Shown in pieces: positions 26,270 to 39,099 of a stretch of 64,000 nt of DNA (the stretch's first letter is position 1; each line of letters starts with the position of its first letter). Origin of the DNA: Callorhinchus milii (taxonomy: Eukaryota); contig NW_024704743.1 in assembly GCF_018977255.1 (NCBI RefSeq), positions 95,482,001 through 95,546,000 of the forward strand, in the 5' to 3' direction. Position numbers and translations under genes: made by a program. The notes beneath the pieces are model-generated. The model had not been told where the DNA came from and made no database searches. It saw only the letters and a list, made by a program, of their open reading frames with translations.

Positions 26270-26520
26270 AGGTGGGATGGGGAGGGGAAAAGATGACCAA
26301 AAGCGTGGTCAAAGAGTTAGGTCTTGATGTGCCTTGAAAGAGGAAATGAGTCGGAGAGACTCCAGGAATGGAACTCCAGAGAGCGGGGGCAAAATGGCAA
26401 TGGTGGGGGAGATGGGATGGGGGAAACATGAAGTAAGCTGGGGTTTGCTGGGCAAAGAGAACGGACGGGTCGGGAGGTCGCAGAGATAGGGTGGGGAGGG
26501 AGGTGGAATGAAGGATGCAG
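26270..26520 (-). mobile_element. L2 3' fragment, decayed
   Basis: Minus ORF PPSPPYLCDLP; homologous to 10070-10300. Confidence 0.7.
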
Positions 26521-26639
26521 AGGAGTTGCATGGCACGTCACTCCGTGTCCGTCCTCAGTCCCCCAGCCCCCACCCCGCGGCATTCGAGAGAAGCTCCAAT
26601 AGTCTGTCCTGACAGTGAACCACAAAACGCTGCCCTCAA

Positions 26640-27105
26640 TTCTCCCCTCTCTCTGCTCTCTTTTTGTTTCACTCTTTTTGTTTCTATCTCTCCCTCATAA
26701 CTCTCTCTTCCCTCTCCTCTTTCTCTCTCTCTCATCCCCCCTCTCTCCCACACACACTCTATCTATCCCCTTTCAAACTCCCTCTCATTCATACTCTCTC
26801 AATCACCCTTTCTCAATCTCCCACCCCCCTCTCTGTTTCTTTATTTGCCCCTCTCCTTTACATTCACTCCTTCTCCCCTCACACTCTCTCTCCCCTCCTC
26901 TCTCCCCCCCCCACCCTTTCATACTCTCTCCCTTTCTTAATCACTCTCTCCCCCCTCTCTTATCTCTCTCACACATATACTCTCCTCTGTACCCCTCTCC
27001 CCCCACCTCGACCACCTCTGTCTCCACTCCCTCTTTCCACGCTCTCTCCCCCTCTCCGTCTCTCTCCACACACTCTCTACCCCTCTCCCCCACCCCAACC
27101 ACCAC
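26640..27105. repeat. CT-rich low-complexity (polypyrimidine/polypurine) tract
   Basis: About 460 bp of almost G-free degenerate (CT)n on +; the overlapping ORFs are S/L/P low-complexity. Confidence 0.9.
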
Positions 27106-27769
27106 CAAGCAAGGCTGAACTGTACACCAGCAAATGCCAAGAGGAGAGGTCACATCTGTCAAGAGGGAAACCATCAATTTGCTGCAGTGACAAATGTGGC
27201 AGAATAAATTGTTCCAAGGCTGATGGCTTGAAGTAACATGTCAATCAGACAACAAAAACAGACTTTAAGATGAGAAGAGCGAATTATTTGTGACGTGTGA
27301 AAGTAATGTGGACTAGCATCTTGAGCAAAATGATTTTAGACAGCTGTGTGACGTTAACACATTTACTTAAAAAGGAGGCCATTCATCTTTTTATGTCCTG
27401 TGCTGGCCTGTGCAATTGATTTCTAATCCCAATTACTTCTGATTATTCTAAGCCAAATGTATTTCAGTTTGTTAACGAATGAGATGTCCGCCGTATTAAT
27501 GATATATGAAGTGACTGATCTTTGCGGGTTCAGTTGATTTGTGAGAAGGCAGAATATGGCAATTATCGTGAAAGCACACAGCAGATCACATTGCATCCAG
27601 ATGGCACCATTTCTAATAATGAAGAAACATCGGGTTTAGGAATGTGTTACCAAATGGCACTGCCTACATCAAAGGTAATTGAGCAGCCTGGTAATTATTT
27701 TTCAGAAATCTAGAGGAGTGGAGAGTTGAGCTAACAATAATCCTTTTATTGTTTTATTGCAAGATTGTT

Positions 27770-28158
27770 ATAGCGCCTTTCACATCAGGAGGACATTTCA
27801 AAGCACTTCACAAAATTTACTGCTAAATGAAAATCCACATAATTTGTAGGCAATCATGGTAGATAATTTTTGCACAAATCAATGTCCCATAAATAGCCTA
27901 GAAGTGAGTGACCAATTTGGCCATGACACTGGGAGATACTTCCTCTCTGGTTGATCTTTAACATCCATCTGAACAAACAGATGGGACCTTGGTTTAATAT
28001 ATCATCTGAAGGATGGCATCTCTGGCCTTGCAGCATTCCTCCAAAACTGCAACACACTATCAGCCTAGACTATGTGAGTTCAAAGTTCCATCGTTGGGTT
28101 TGAATCCACAATCTTATGACTCAGAGGCAATAATGCTACCAACTAAGCTAGGCTGACA
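27770..28158 (-). mobile_element. SacSINE1-like DeuSINE
   Basis: Reverse-complement tail, core and head (GGTTTGAATCCACAATCTTATGACTCAGAGGCAATAATGCTACCAACTAAGC). Confidence 0.75.
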
Positions 28159-28229
28159 TAATGAATTACAGCAAATCTCTACATTTAGAATAGTGCTCGT
28201 TGAAAACAGCTGTGTGCATAACATATATA

Positions 28230-28870
28230 GCTATATGAACCACAAAAAGATTCTCAATTTATCCATTGCCAAAGAGGCAAACATCACTCTATCGTTCAAG
28301 AAAGGGAAACATGAAGTCAGTAAAGGGTAAAATCCCAACCAGTCTTTAATGAGACATGGTTAGTAATTCAGTAATCACTACAAAAATTCAATTAGCTTAG
28401 TCAACACAATCTGTGCTGACCATGCCTCATCAGATTATTCTTCTCCCGACTTTCAGCCATTTTTGTTTCAATAAACTGGAACAGTTTTCCCATCCTCAAC
28501 TTGAGACTAACTGGCCTGCAATTTCCAAGTTTATCCCGTTACCCTTTTTTGAACAACTCTGTGATTATATACTATCATCCTATCACGTGGAATGTTACTT
28601 GTTTTTAACAAATGGGATTCCAATGCACAACATGAAGGAACACAATTGAAATATTTGAAGGATAGACCCATTTGTTCAATGTGATAAAAGGATGTCATTT
28701 AAATTCATTGAACCTTTGCTAACTTCTGCCATGTCAAGAATTTTAAGTGAGGGATTTGTATTGATGTGCTCTAGTTGTACAAGGATCCAGTAATACCTAT
28801 TATGAGACCATGGAATGATTTAGATCACTAATAGTAATCTTCCATTTGACAGGGATGGCCCAATAATCCA
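28230..28870 (-). mobile_element. Old CR1 RT fragment
   Basis: Minus strand near 28500-28555 reads FKKG.....GNCRPVSL (canonical NYRPVSL); the rest is decayed. Confidence 0.6.
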
Positions 28871-29655
28871 TGAGACACATTGATCCTCAGCTGCTAGACC
28901 CAGGGATATGACCTGTGGAGGGAAGGAAGCCAATCAGGTGTGAATAGTGGAGTTGTATATTCATACAATGTTTACAGTAATGAAGGAAATTAACATTCAA
29001 TCCATTGAGTTTGTGCAGGTGCTAACAACCAAACTGGAGCTTGCCACTTTAATTTAATTTTCCTGTTCTTTCCCCATTGTGTCTCATATCCTAACAACCC
29101 CACTGGAGCTCTTTAGTCTGTTCTCATTCCCTTGCTCTTTCTTCATTCCCATGTGTCTGTCCTGGTGCAGCTGCTCCACTGGAGTTAACTACTCTAATGT
29201 GGAGAATATTGGAAAATGTGATGCAATTTAAGGTTCAGTAAGTCTCTTTGTGGAGTTTTCCTCCAGGTGGGAAAGTCCATGATAAAGTCGATTTTGCATG
29301 GACTGTGAATATGGAATCTATGAATGATTTCTCATATACATAGGTCAGATCTTTAAAATGGTTGCAACTTAATATTTCAGATGGGTTACTTGTCTTTCCG
29401 AACAAGTAATGAGAGGTCAAAAGCCAGACACTTCTAGTGAAATGACAAATCATATACTAATTAGTTAAGAGCTAACTGTAACATTTATTTTAAGAAAGTC
29501 AATCAAATATTTCTGTACCAACCCACATCAGAGCCTCAGAACATGGTTTAGTTCCAAAATAATTTTCATTGAGTTCAAGACCCGAGGCAAGGTTTGCTGA
29601 ATTGGTCTTAACCTAAATTTCTGATCAGAAATAAGTCAACAAATCGCCCCTATCG

Positions 29656-30028
29656 TAATAATTCTTGCAATTGATATAGCGCCTTATCACGTCTTTGAGA
29701 CGTCTCAAAGCGCTTCACAGAATATACTGTAAAGTTATTTGTCTATATATTTTGTGAGCGAAATGCGGCAGCCAATTGCGCACAGAAGTGTCCCACGAAC
29801 AGTCGTGGATTGAGTGACCAAATTATTATTATTGTTATTTTTTGAAAGGATCATTAGGCCTGGAAAGCGATCTAACAACCAGGTTACTACTTACTGCTAG
29901 GTAAACAGAAGCGTGGAGATTAAGGAAACTTGCCCTGTATTTTGCCCCACCTGGGAATGGAACCCAATGGAACCCAGATCTCTCGCTTGCGAGGCGAGCG
30001 CTCTAACCACTGAGCTACAGGACTCCAC
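29656..30028 (-). mobile_element. tRNA(Ala)-like-head DeuSINE, best-preserved copy
   Basis: Head GTGGAGTCCTGTAGCTCAGTGGTTAGAGCGCTCGCCTCGCAAGCGAG, intact core, CpGs largely retained, palindromic tail CTTTGAGACGTCTCAAAG. Confidence 0.9.
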
Positions 30029-31499
30029 TATTATGTAATTAGAAATGAAAGGACTTATTATTAATTCATAATAAATAATTTTAATTGGTTAATTATATTG
30101 AAGGGAAGCTGACCTTTCCTCTTATACACATGGTGTAAAATAGACCCCAATGTTTAATTATAATATATTTTGTAAATGATCACAGCAGCCAATTTGCACA
30201 CAGCAATGTCCCCTGAACAGCCATGAAGTGAATAACCAATTTCATTTGTGGTCTATTTAAAGAAGCAGTTGTAAATTCTGCTGAACATGGAATCTGAAAT
30301 GAACATGCTTAATACTTTACTGTATTAATATTCAACAAGCAAGTGGTTATGGGTTCAACTCTTAAGAAGGACCATGAAGTTTTCAAATATTCGATTGACT
30401 AAAATGGATGATATTTCTTTTAATCCCCACGTCTATGAATATCTGAAGTTCATTGTAAACTTCGTCCAAGTGTTTCTAACCAAGGGGCAACATCCATCAA
30501 AACTTTCCACTAATATGATTTTGTCAAAAACACAACCAGTGAAAGATCTAATCCCATTATCTTTGTACATTATCACATTATCTTTGAACCTCAGGAGTAT
30601 TATTTTCCATTAAGTCCTGAGAGTCTGCATGTTTTGTGAATGAACATTCGAAAATGAAATTAGCTGCTCAGCCTCACCACATTTATTCTGAATGAAAGGA
30701 ATCAGATATTTTTAATGGGAAAATGAACACTATGGGGCATCTTTTCTGGCATCGCATAGTGGCTCAAATTAAATTTTCCAAAAAAGATATGATGTGTGGT
30801 CCATTAGTACTCACCATGTAAAGTCAATTATATTTGAAGCACTCAAATATTATTTCAGCTGCTTTTTGCTTACATGCTTTGTATAGTGCTCACCATTAAC
30901 TTTTTGCAACAAACCATGTCTTGCTTGAGAACCGATCCTATGAATGGTGAGACCTGTAATATATGTGGCAAATGTGTGGTTTGTCTTGTATTGTGCCTTT
31001 GATTCCAATCATGCTAGTGTGGGCAACAGGCAAAAGACTGGGAACTTGACCAAAGGAAGGGGAGATATACCGTTCACAATACAATTTATATAGTTCCTCT
31101 TATGTTAGGAGGCTGTCTCACAGTGTTTTATATCTATAGATATAGAAACAATAGTTCTTTTAAATATTTTAACACCTTCCTTTTATTCACTTGGGACATC
31201 CTCCTGACATGAGAGGCGCGATACAAGTGTAATTTGTTGTTGTTGTAGTTGTTGCTTATGAAGCCTGAGTAAAAAAGCTTTATAATAGGTTTTGCCTCTC
31301 AGAGTAATAGAAATTTACAAGCCACACTAAGTGACAGAAATTCAACTTTTAGATGACCCAAAGCAAGAATAATAATAATTGCATTTGATATAGCACCATA
31401 ACAAGTCATTGAGACATCTCAAAGCGCTTTCCAGGATATACTGTAAAGTGGACTGACTGTGTATTTTGTGGACAAAAGAATAAAGAATAAGAACTGATC

Positions 31500-31970
31500 T
31501 TCAACCATTTCTCTATCCACTTTGGTTCCATTCCATCTATCCCACGTGCCTTCATTTCAGTCACAGATCTCTGATGTTATTAAACGTCATTCTAAAATCC
31601 AACAAACAACATCTACTGAATCTCTCTCATCCATATTCTTGGTTAACTCTTCAAAAAATTCAATCAAATGAATCAAACACAATCTTCCCTTTGCAAAACC
31701 ATGTTATTATATGCCTTAGCAGTTCCATCTTTTCTAAATGTTCCACAACAACATCCCTTATTACGACCTCAAGCAGTTTCCCTACAACTAATATTAGACT
31801 CACCGGCTTATAGTTCTCAGACTGTTCCCTTTTCCTTTCTTAATCAACTACAGAGTGACATTTGCCACTCTCCAGTTCTCTGGGACAACTCACATCCCAG
31901 AAACGATGGTCAGAGCCTCTATTATTTCATCATTAACTTCTCTCAGGATTTTTGGATACATTCCATCTCA
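31500..31970 (-). mobile_element. Old CR1 RT fragment
   Basis: TTAGACTCACCGGCTTATAGTT is the reverse complement of a NYKPVSL-coding segment; downstream HGF.KG..C..NL.EFFE pattern. Confidence 0.7.
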
Positions 31971-32077
31971 TATGTTTATAAAGAAATAAAAAAATGATGT
32001 TACCACAGTGCTTCTTTAAGAACCTGCTTTATATAGAGCCCATCTAGAAATGGAATCAGCAGCTGGTCCTAATGAGA

Positions 32078-32214
32078 GCAGACTGTGCGTTACTGAATGC
32101 CTTGCACACAGCTAACATCCACTTCAAGCATTAAGCCTCAATTTGCAGACTGTGTGTTACTGAATGCCTTGCACACAGCTAACATCCACTTCAAGCATTA
32201 AGCCTCAATTTGCA
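32078..32214. repeat. Tandem duplication, 67-bp unit x2
   Basis: GCAGACTGTG(C/T)GTTACTGAATGCCTTGCACACAGCTAACATCCACTTCAAGCATTAAGCCTCAATTT repeated at 32078 and 32145, one mismatch. Confidence 0.95.
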
Positions 32215-32319
32215 CTCAATCAGTCTATGCCCATGTTATCCCGAGAAAACCTTTTGGATGTAAACGGATGGAAGATTGTCAATAAAAGAAATTCTAATTC
32301 AGCTTCAGAATTATCTTTA

Positions 32320-32740
32320 TAATTGTTGCATTTGATATAGCGCCTTTTCACATTGTTGAAATGTCTCAAAGCACTTCACAGGACAATGTGAAGTGTGTAT
32401 TTGTGGGTGAAATGTGGCAGCCAGTTTGCGCACAGCGTGTCCCACAAACAGCCATTAACTAAATGATCAATTTTATTTGGGGGATTGTTGGCCAGGACAC
32501 TGGGAGAACCTCCTTCCTCTTTTCGAATAGTGCGGTGGGATCTTTAACGTCCACCTGGACAGGCAGACGGGACCTTAACTTAACATCTCATCTGAAGGAT
32601 GGCACCTCTGACAATGCAGCACGCCTCAGTATTGAATTGGAGTGTCAGTTTAGACTTTGTGATTCCAAGTCTCAACGTAGGGCTTGAACCCACAACCTTC
32701 TGACTTAGAGATGAGATTGCTATGACTGAGCCATGCTGAC
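32320..32740 (-). mobile_element. SacSINE1-like DeuSINE, near full length
   Basis: Tail TTGCATTTGATATAGCGCC, core GGCCAGGACACTGGGAGAAC...ACATCTCATCTGAAGGATGGCACCTCTGACAATGCAGCAC, head CTTGAACCCACAACCTTCTGACT. Confidence 0.85.
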
Positions 32741-35700
32741 ACACAACTTGATGGTTCAAGCCAATTTTAAAATGTAAACTCACTTTCAATGCTCAATAAG
32801 GCTGCGTATTTGACTGCCCCTGCATTATTCTGTATGCAGTGGCACTGTCAGGGCAGCCACAATAGTATAATGATGGTATAATATAATATAAATTATAGGT
32901 GATAAGGTGCTATATCAAATGCAAGGATTATGATTATTATTATTATTATCGTTATTATTATTATCATTGTGTAGAGCAGATTATGGACCATTGGTTCAAA
33001 TTCCGGCCCATTCTCAGTTTACTGGTTTTAGCTTGGGGAGACTAAATTCACCCGCCCAACCCCTTTCCAGCTAAGATTCCAGCTCCTGGTCCCTCTACAG
33101 TACCTTAAACTGATTGTGTGCTTGTCTGGCAGTCAAGAAAGGAGAGATCAAGTTCATCTGTAATGTCCTCTACAGTTGGGAGGCCGGCCAACATTCACTG
33201 TCAACATTTACAGATGAAGAATATACGTCCGCTTTGGCAGGGTAGCAGTTGGCAACCAGGACCCATGGAACCACATGCCAGCCAGAGGAGGTCAGATCAG
33301 GAGCAGAGAGGCTGATGCCAATGAGGAGAAAATTAAAAAAAAAAATTGGACAGTTTTTTTCAAAAAGGTAGAGTCGAAGCAACCTCCAATTTAATGCATT
33401 TAGATAGTATACTGACCTAAGGCGCGCTCCTTAGATCAGTGCCACAGATGATTAGATCATTCTATATGGAACTCCAGAGTACTGTAGATAACAGACCAAT
33501 CAGCCTGGCTCATCAGTAGGACTGAGAAGGGCAGACCACTCACTGGGGACAGGGATTCTTCCAACTTAACTCCTGTTAACCCTGCAACCCATGCCTCAAT
33601 GAATATGGTGGTCCTAATTACATAAGTAGCAGGAAGCCTGCCAGGGGGAGGGCATGCATTTAAGGAGCGAGAAGCGGGAATCTTGGAAAATGGTGTAGGG
33701 CTTGATTTAAGATCAATTCAAATGATCTTATGGTCACTTATCTCTTCCTTAACTGGGTTAAGGAAGGTTAAGAAAACAGTTTCTATTGCTGATTGATCCT
33801 ACACTGTTGGAAGGTGTGATGGTCTGTTTCTGTGTGGTGAATTGTTAGTCAACTGGCAAACACTTCAGGCAGCAATGTCCTTGTGGCCAGAGAGCCTTCT
33901 AAGCCTTTTAGCACTCCATAACTGGGTTCACACATGAATGAGCTACAAGAAGTAGGCTGGTACCAGTCTCTCAATGGCAAACTACATGGTTTTAGCTAGT
34001 TGAACTTCAGCACTACACCAAGGTACACTCTTGGGTTTCCAAGCCTTAACAATTGTCAACCTGCACCTAACACTCTCTGTAATTAGGTAAGTAGAGTGTA
34101 TCCCCCAGGGAGAGCATGCACACTCTATTCCAGATAGGAAAAATTCCTTGTGTAGGTGCCACACATATGTGGAACTTAATCTGGGTTAGATATTCTTAAT
34201 CAAGGTGATGGGTTTGCACATGTCTCAAATACCAGGCTGACCCCCCAAAAATGATAGAAATCTACAGCACAGAAAGAGGCCATTTGGCCTATCAAGCCTA
34301 CTCACAGAGCAAGGCTATCACTTCAATCCCAACGCCCTGCCTTATCCTCATACCCCTTCTAAACCAAATGCCAATGATACAGTTAACATCTCAGTCTGAA
34401 TAATATACTGATATAAATGCAGTCAGGAAGAAAGGGGTCCTGAAATACACAGTCTTTTAAAGCTTCATTAATCAATTTTAAAAATAGTGCAGAGAGGGCA
34501 ATGGGTTAATATGTCTGCTAAGTAAAGCCTAAAATACAATTAAGCAATTAATGTACATTTGTATTAAAAGTCAAACCAATTTCCACACTAATTATTCAGG
34601 CTATAAATTTAGTTCAAAAGCTTGCATATAACATACGCTGTTGTGCATACACCTTCATTTATGGAAGTGTTGCTTATATGTAAAATGATAGTGCATTATG
34701 AAATTTAGAAAACACCTACAAATATATTATCTGCACTGATACTAGATGTTCAGGGTATTGAAAGGGTTGAGAGGATAAATAGCAAGGAAATGTTTCCACT
34801 GATATGTGATTCAAGGGAGGTAATTAGAATATTGAATGGCCTGCCAGGAGCAGCAGTTTAGGCAAAATCCATATTAGCTTTCTCAAAAGAAGTAAATGTG
34901 AGGAAAGGCGGGTAAGTGGGACTGAAATGATTGCTCTTTAAAAGAACGAGCACAGACACAATGGGCTGAAATTATTGGGACCAACGCATAAAAACGTTAA
35001 AATAATATAATAATTACTGCCAGAGCATCTCTCTCTGATGAATGTACTGAACTTCCCAAACTTATGAACAATCCACTTCATTACTGATGTGCTTTGCAGC
35101 ACCATTTCACAAGTGGGGATGATCCATACTTCAGTCACAATCCTGTCTGAGCATGGGAACCACAAGGGAAAGTCTCAGCAGTTGAAGGATAGTCTCCTCA
35201 GTGCTGCATTCAAAAAAGGTCAAAAGAATGACTGGATTTCCAAACCTATTTTGGTATCATGGTGCACGTGCCAACAATTGTTAGCTTGAAACAAATATCA
35301 TTTTTAAAATTTCACTGCAGCCGATTGTCAAATTGGGAGCAAAAGGTGGCATTCATAAATATAGTTTTTCAGATCATCCTTCCTCTCCTTACAACAACAC
35401 CATCAACACCAACAACAAATTGTATTTATAGACTCCTATCAGCTTTCACTCTCAGTTCGGGTGCCCAGCCAGGACAGTGTGTTAGCTATTTTGAGATGTC
35501 ATCCTCCTGATGTGAAAAGTGCTATATGAATGTGAATGGTATTGTATTGTTAGATAGATTCCTCTCTCTCTGACATACATGGTGAAAGTTACAATACATT
35601 CAAAATGTCAGCCTTTTATTGGTTCCTCCGAATGCTTGAAATACAGTGAAAACATGTCATGAAAACATCACGTTTCTGCCTGGAAATACTTATTTAAATT

Positions 35701-36090
35701 GCATGTTCTTCTGACAGGACTCCAGAGGGGTACAGATACCGGGAAGTGTGAGTGACAATGTACAAGATAGCGATTCAAGTTAGTAAATCTTATGCTCTGA
35801 TATTAACCATTTGAGCAGTTTGAAAGAGTCTATAGGACTGAGTAATCAGATTACTGCTTTCAACCCTCTACACCATATTCCTTCCGCTTTGGTAACTTTT
35901 TTTCTCTCTCTCCATTTCACCATCCCAGTACTGCACTGGAGTGTTAAATGGACTATGTGAGTTCAAAGTCCACAATCTTTGAACCCACAATCTTCTGACT
36001 CTGAGGTGCGAGCACTACCAACTAAGCCAGACATGAACACCAACTGAGCCAGCTTGAAATACAGAAAGGTACAGATAATAGTGGTCCAAT

Positions 36091-36321
36091 CGCAAAATAC
36101 TGCAGATGCTGGAAATCTGAAACAAAAAACAGAAGTCGCTGGGAACACTCAGGAGGTCAGGCAGCATCTATGGAGAAAGGAAAGTGAGTGAACATTTCGA
36201 GTCCACTACCTTTCGTCTGAAGATGGGCTGTGGATCCGAAACGTTGACTCACTTTCATTTCTCCATAGATGCTGCCGGACCTGCTGCGTGTTCCCAGCGA
36301 CTTCTATTTTTTGTTTCAGAT
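36091..36321. mobile_element. Penelope-like element terminal repeats in inverted arrangement, with degenerate hammerhead core
   Basis: About 90-bp inverted arms (36115-36205 / 36230-36321) homologous to 61840-61948; CTGAAGA...GAAACGTT at 36217-36245. Confidence 0.75.
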
Positions 36322-37479
36322 AATAGTGCTGTCCAGGACACCAGGAGTAACTCCCTTCTGATTTTGAAGAGTGCAATGGGATCTTCGGTATCTACCTGAA
36401 TGGGACAAGACCTTGATTTAATGTCACATCCGAAGGACAGCGCCTCTGACAAAGCAACATTCTCTAGCACTCCACTGGTATTTCATGCTAGACTGTGAGC
36501 TCAAAGCCTTGAAGCGTAAACCACAGACACATGGAATAGATGTGTAAGTGGCAAAGTGAATGGAGGAGTTGTTGTGGGCCAGGTGGCATAGAGTGGGAAT
36601 GAATGTTTTTCCGATTGGCAGGCAGTAATTTATTGTGTGTGTGTAGGGATTAGTGTTAAGATCTATTCTTAATACTCTCTCTGTATATAGATATATGCAT
36701 CAATGGTCTAAATACAGGAATTGAGGGAAAAATACCTAATTTAAATATGATTTGCTTCAAATGGTCCTGACTGATGTCTTAACTTCTAAATAAAGTGGTT
36801 GGTATTCAGCAATAGGTGATCAGCCACTCATAAAAACTACTAAAAATGTCACATCTGGACCCAATTAGGCAGTGAAACATAGAATTAATGCAGTTAGTAG
36901 AAGAAATTTCAATTTTAACCTTGTCTAAAGCCCTATGATTCATGCTTATCTGCTCATCAGTCCCCAAAGACTGAGTGAATTTAATACTTCTCATTTACAT
37001 CTACCCGGGAGTTGTGAAGTTAAAAGTGCAATGTTTTTGAAAGCATGAGAGAGAAGGGAATAGAGGGGTATGTGGGATAGGGATTGGGCATTCGGATTGT
37101 TGAAGGATCATATAAATACTGACATGGACTAGTTGGCCTGAATGGCCTGTTTCCGTGCTGTAATATTCTATGTAATGTGGTTCTCACTGTCAGAGATGTG
37201 ATTTAAGAGGAAACTCGATGCCTGCATGAGGAGTACAAGGCGAGGATAGAGATGGGGGATCAAGATAGGTGGAGGCTCATGTGGAATATAAACACCAGCA
37301 AGCATTAGTTGGGTTGAATGGCTTGTTTCTGTGCTTCAGTGCTGTAGATTCTGGGTAATTTTCCAAGACTTTTAAAATAAAACATTTTAAAAGCACTTCT
37401 GCATCCATTCCTTTTTTACTGCTATTAAAATAATCACTGGCTGCTATCATTCCGATAGCCCTGCGTCCACCAGTTACAG

Positions 37480-38940
37480 TTGGAGAGTTCTGTTGCAAGT
37501 GATTTCCTTAAGGTATACATGGAGATAGCTTGCCTTGTGCCAGATTATTATCCAGAAGAGCAATGGATGATTTTATGCATGATTCATTGCTTTAAAATCC
37601 TGAAGACCATCTATGATCCATTGTGGTGAATGTAAATTAATTCTTATTAATTATTGACACAAAACAGTGGAGCACAAGGAAAGGTATTGCACTCTACCTC
37701 AAATATGACCTCTAATAATTGATTACATCAAAAACAGCACAATCTGTTTCTAGTCCAAATGTGCTAACCTGTTTAAGGAGGCAATAAAATGTGGAATGGC
37801 AATAGCAACTCTAAAAATATCTCAATGCTAACAGTGGTAAACAGGCTTTGATCCCAGACAAGTTTGGAAACATTCTTGCAAATCATGTGCTCTGCCATTG
37901 CTGCCTCTCTTGAGTCCATGCCTGCAGATTTCCAGCCTGCAAGCCATAAATCCCGTAACTATAATGTACTTGAACATATATCCAGATGATTTCTATAGTT
38001 GTCTTACGTGACTGATCATGTGATGAATTCCAGCATATTATATTTTGCGGAATATTGAAATACCATCTCTCTCCCCCTCTTTGTCCAAACTTACTATCCT
38101 CAGTGGTGGGTGACAACATTTAGTCTGAAACATTCATTTTTGGCATTCCACGCAGTTTTTGTAGTAACCATCTATGTTGATACCCAGTGCATTTCCATAC
38201 TGAGAGCCTGTTAATGAGGAAAGCAACTGGTCATACATCCCGTTAAAATGTGGGCTTTGGCAGCTCTGAGTAAAACTAACCCCACTGAAAACACAGTTTG
38301 TGTTTTTGAACTGATCTGTCCGAACAAATGACTTGATCACAACATGTTATGATAAATGCAAACGACTACAGTCTTCTTTCCACACAACGTTTCAATTCCC
38401 ACCGTTTCTGTACAAAGGGCTGATGCAGGTCAACAAAGTGTGTTGTAGATGGTACCCAGCAGGTGGTTAAGTTTGAAGTTGACTCACTTTGAAACATAAG
38501 GTGAAGTTTCTCGTGGGACAGAGATTGATTCTCATCCTCTCCGCCCCCGGATGTGAGAGAATCTCCGTGTTCAAATGCTGCTCCTTTGAGTACAGCCGAG
38601 GAAAATGACTGAATTAACTCAGTTTCCTCTTCTGCTGAACTCACAAATCTGTCTCCAAGATCACAGATTGGACGAGGCCTTGTCGTGAATTTTCAACCAG
38701 GCAGAGATGGCCGATGCGAAGGAAAGTGAGCAACTGTCATGATAAGCATCAAAGTGTATGAAGTAGACAGCACAAATTTCACTCCATAGTTATTCCACAT
38801 TTTCCAGTGCTTCATATTTACATGTATGCTCACATACACCAGCTGTAGCCTTATCATGGGAATTTTGGGAATGTCGGGGTCGTTGGAGCTGCTGGATAAA
38901 TAGCTATGAACTCTGCTGTGCTACAGATTAATCGTGGGTA
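37480..38940 (-). pseudogene. Fossil THAP-domain / Kolobok-like DDE transposase
   Basis: Manual minus-strand translation across frameshifts, in order: PRLICST..FPKFP..W, AVYFIHFD..WLK (THAP-like); QSPHFNGM..LLSSLTGSQY..LGINI; DG..YSAKY; HMICKNVSKL; HSPQ..GLQDF. Confidence 0.45.
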
Positions 38941-39099
38941 ATTTTATTTTCATGTCAGATGAACAGATAAGTTCTCCAGGCCTGCAATTTACCCATTTCT
39001 GCCCTGAGCCTCGCTGACTTCAACCAGACGAGGATTCGAACATAAATTGCTGTGATCGCAGTTTTAACTGCTACTAATTGTCTCTTGATATTACAGCTT

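Noticed and set aside
26615..27236. 167- and 190-aa S/L/P-rich ORFs
   Set aside because: Translation of a CT-rich low-complexity tract.
29955..30028. tRNA-Ala(CGC)-like sequence (also 2514, 21903, 53876, 57177)
   Set aside because: A/B boxes and anticodon arm are present, but no acceptor stem is evident and the sequence continues into the SINE body, so these are SINE heads.
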